From Schmidtea polychroa (taxonomy: Eukaryota), in NCBI GenBank assembly GCA_044892525.1, contig CM097886.1:93000001-93064000 (forward strand): a DNA stretch of 64,000 nucleotides, in the 5' to 3' direction. Made by a program: the position numbers and the translations under genes. The notes under the pieces are model-generated. The model was not told the DNA's origin. It searched no databases and saw only the letters and a list, made by a program, of their open reading frames with translations. Below are positions 61,440 to 64,000 of the stretch, piece after piece; position 1 is the first letter of the stretch, and each line of letters begins with the position of its first letter.

Positions 61440-61710
61440 GTGGCAGCAATGGCTATGTGCTAAATTATGTAATATATTTAGTAAGGAATTTATCCTAGAA
61501 ACATCGAGTAAAGAGTATGGAAAAGTTTCAAACAGGTAATTCTTTATTTTTTATTAGACCTTTTTTATTATTTTTAATTAGATCTGGTAAAACAATATGG
61601 GTATTGCAAGTGAACCAAATATTAGTGATTGTGGGAATGATGAATTCACCTGCGTCACATTTTACCCAGATTTACAAAAATTTGGTATGAGAAATTTGGA
61701 TGATGACATT
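61440..61710 (+). pseudogene. TOP2: Type II topoisomerase ATPase-domain fragment with a retained intron
   Basis: GSNGY.AKLCNIFSKEF...KSFKQ, then GT-AG intron, then NNMG...TCVTFYPDLQKFGM. Confidence 0.85.
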
Positions 61711-64000
61711 CCTGTCTTTTTTACATCTATGATTACAACAAATTAATAACACTTTTCATCAAATTGCAACAAAGTAATAAAATATTTCGGTGACAGTGAA
61801 CCTGTCGAAAAATTCGACTATCAAGAACAATTTGTAACTCCAAAGTTTACTATAATTTTTATTTGTTTCTTTAAAAAATATTTATTTAATATTTCGTCTA
61901 AATTTAAAATACTTTCAATAATTGGCTTTTTAATTAATTAACGCCTCTTGGAGAAAATTTTTAAGTTTTCGTTTTAATAATTTTATTGGAATGCGTAGGA
62001 AATAAGTTAAATAGTTATTATTCCAGTATCTTTAACATTTTTCGTTATATTTTTGTAATCTTTATTAATTTTTAAAAATATTTATTTTTTGATTTGCACT
62101 TTATCAATTTAAAAAAAATTAATTAACATAATTTTTACTGAATTCTTTAACATTGAATATTTTCATAATTATTGGGTTTTACCTTAACACTTTTGCTTTA
62201 TATTGTTAGATGACAGGGGTCAATAAATCAACGAGTTCGAGTTAACCAAATATTACAGGAACTTCCCGAACAAAAATTAGAGGAACATCTACACGGAGGT
62301 CACACAACTTCTATAATTAGTAATTCGCATTCTCAGAAGTCTTCACTTCGTTGCAGTGCGAAATCAATGGACAATTTATTTTGATATACTCTGATATTGA
62401 AAATCTATCCATAATTGATTTTACATTGATATTAAATGTGTAATGGACAATTCATTTATTTGTAAATATTTCCTGAACGATTTATTGAGTGACATTGATT
62501 GGGGTGTAATTTATTTATTATTTAGTGTTGTAGAATTTTATTCATTGGTGTCTATTATGTTGTTATTTTAATTTCGTGCTACGTAAAATATTAATTACAC
62601 AAACTTGGGAAAAATGATAAAAACTAATTAAAATATTTGGAAATAAATTAAATTAAAATTTGAAATATTGAGAATCTAAAAAGATCAATTATGCAATCAA
62701 ATTTGAAACACTTAAAAATTAATAAGAAATATCTGTATAATTAAATATCACATTTGAATAGGAAAAACGCCTTATAAAGCAATCATGAAAAATAATAGAA
62801 TTATTATAATTAGAAAGCAGCTGTACAATATAAATTGTGATAGCACTAGAAATATAATAAAGTAATCAGGAACAATATAAAAATTATTTTATAAAAAAAC
62901 AGCTGTCCTAATTTTTAGATAAATAGCAGCGCAAAATCAGAATTTTTCGCCCAAAAAACTAACAACTCTTTTAATATCTAAGAAGGTGAATCCTCGTTAG
63001 ATTAAAAAATAAGAAGGATACAACAAAAAAGTCTAACTACTGCACGCAACACAGCAAGGATAATATAACATTCACACATACATAATTTGCCTACACAATT
63101 CTATTGCAGTTACTGGAAATTTTGAATCGAATAGCAAGAAATTGATTTAAGTTTTTGGCAAATCTTTTATTGTAAATATATATTTGAAAACAACCGTCTT
63201 TTGTTTATTTCATACTCAGTAGATATATAGGAACCAGTAAAGTTGAGAAAGCAGATAGCGAGTTCTCTACAATACCATTTAAATTTACTTACACTCAATT
63301 TGTGATGCGGCGTACATTGTTTTACTCAATATGTTATTGTTGTGTTGGATGATGAGGGTCTACCTATCACCATATTCATATTAAATAAATATTACAGAAT
63401 AGGGCTTAGAAGTTATAGAATTAACGTGTTTTCCAAAGAAAGACAATAAACTATAGTCCAAATATATATCCAAATCAAACACAATCAAACAATATATTCA
63501 ATTCAAATGCAATCCATTTTATCCTGTATATAATTGATAAAAATTACTTTAACATTCGGTGATTTGGTTATTTTATGTGACTATATTGAATTTAAACTGT
63601 TTCATCCAAGGTGACTATTAATTATTTATCAAAATTGATTCATCCTGTGTATATATTTATTTGACTCTATATTATTTCATTAATTGCGTATTTAAACTAA
63701 ATGTCTTGGGTATTTTATTTGTTGTATAATTGTTCTGGTATGTTAATAACAATAACATTTAACACAAAGGAAAATTATAAAAATTACTATGAAACTTATT
63801 ATATTAATTAAAAATAATATTAATCTATATTAGAAATTTCTTGAAATAAATATCAAGAAATATTATACTACAAAAAATATAATAATAATATTTAATGTAA
63901 ATGAAAGATAATGAGAAAATTGTAATTATTCGACGGGAAATTATATTTGAGTAGGTTGTCAAAATAAATAAATTGCCCAAGCCAATTAAGTCGACAAGGG

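Noticed and set aside
62203-63271. ~1-kb TG...CA insertion as a solo LTR
   Set aside because: It interrupts a dispersed repeat, but the candidate TSD (ATAT/ATAC) is imperfect and there is no second copy in the window.
1-64000. tRNA or rRNA genes
   Set aside because: No cloverleaf or rRNA-like sequence recognised by eye.

Overview
AT-rich eukaryotic genomic DNA, probably an invertebrate animal, with six N gaps. Host introns recur at 44 nt; a flatworm-like host would fit but cannot be shown from the sequence. Most of the window is nested mobile DNA. The centrepiece is a complete-ended Polinton/Maverick (adintovirus-like) element at 13521-29326. It has AGTAGAGA...TCTCTACT termini, ~0.85-0.95 kb TIRs and a 6-bp CATGGG target-site duplication. 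It encodes a packaging ATPase, integrase, major capsid protein, adenain protease and protein-primed PolB. Its left arm carries an unusual accessory set: a spliced Bcl-2 homologue with a C-terminal membrane anchor (split by the ORF track), a TATA-binding-protein homologue, a probable OB-fold SSB, a secreted or GPI-like coiled-coil protein and an acidic Cys-tailed protein. Several of its genes have introns of about the host's size, including three hidden 5' exons of PolB. A 5'-truncated Penelope copy with a perfect 61-bp fold-back interrupts the element. The Polinton appears to sit inside an LTR-like element that split an older Polinton PolB, whose halves lie at ~4065-5228 and ~31143-33960. A second system is a family of TG...CA elements: two bounded copies of 3.8 and 4.1 kb with 4-bp TSDs, plus relatives. 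They carry a splice-acceptor-led coiled-coil/basic/acidic ORF (six copies in the window), and one subfamily adds an AT-hook ORF. Also present: a decayed Gypsy element, hAT and piggyBac-type MITEs, a decayed hAT transposase, a DNAJA fragment, a divergent NOP14-like host gene and scrambled topoisomerase II fragments. All protein assignments come from motif recognition by eye; no searches were run.
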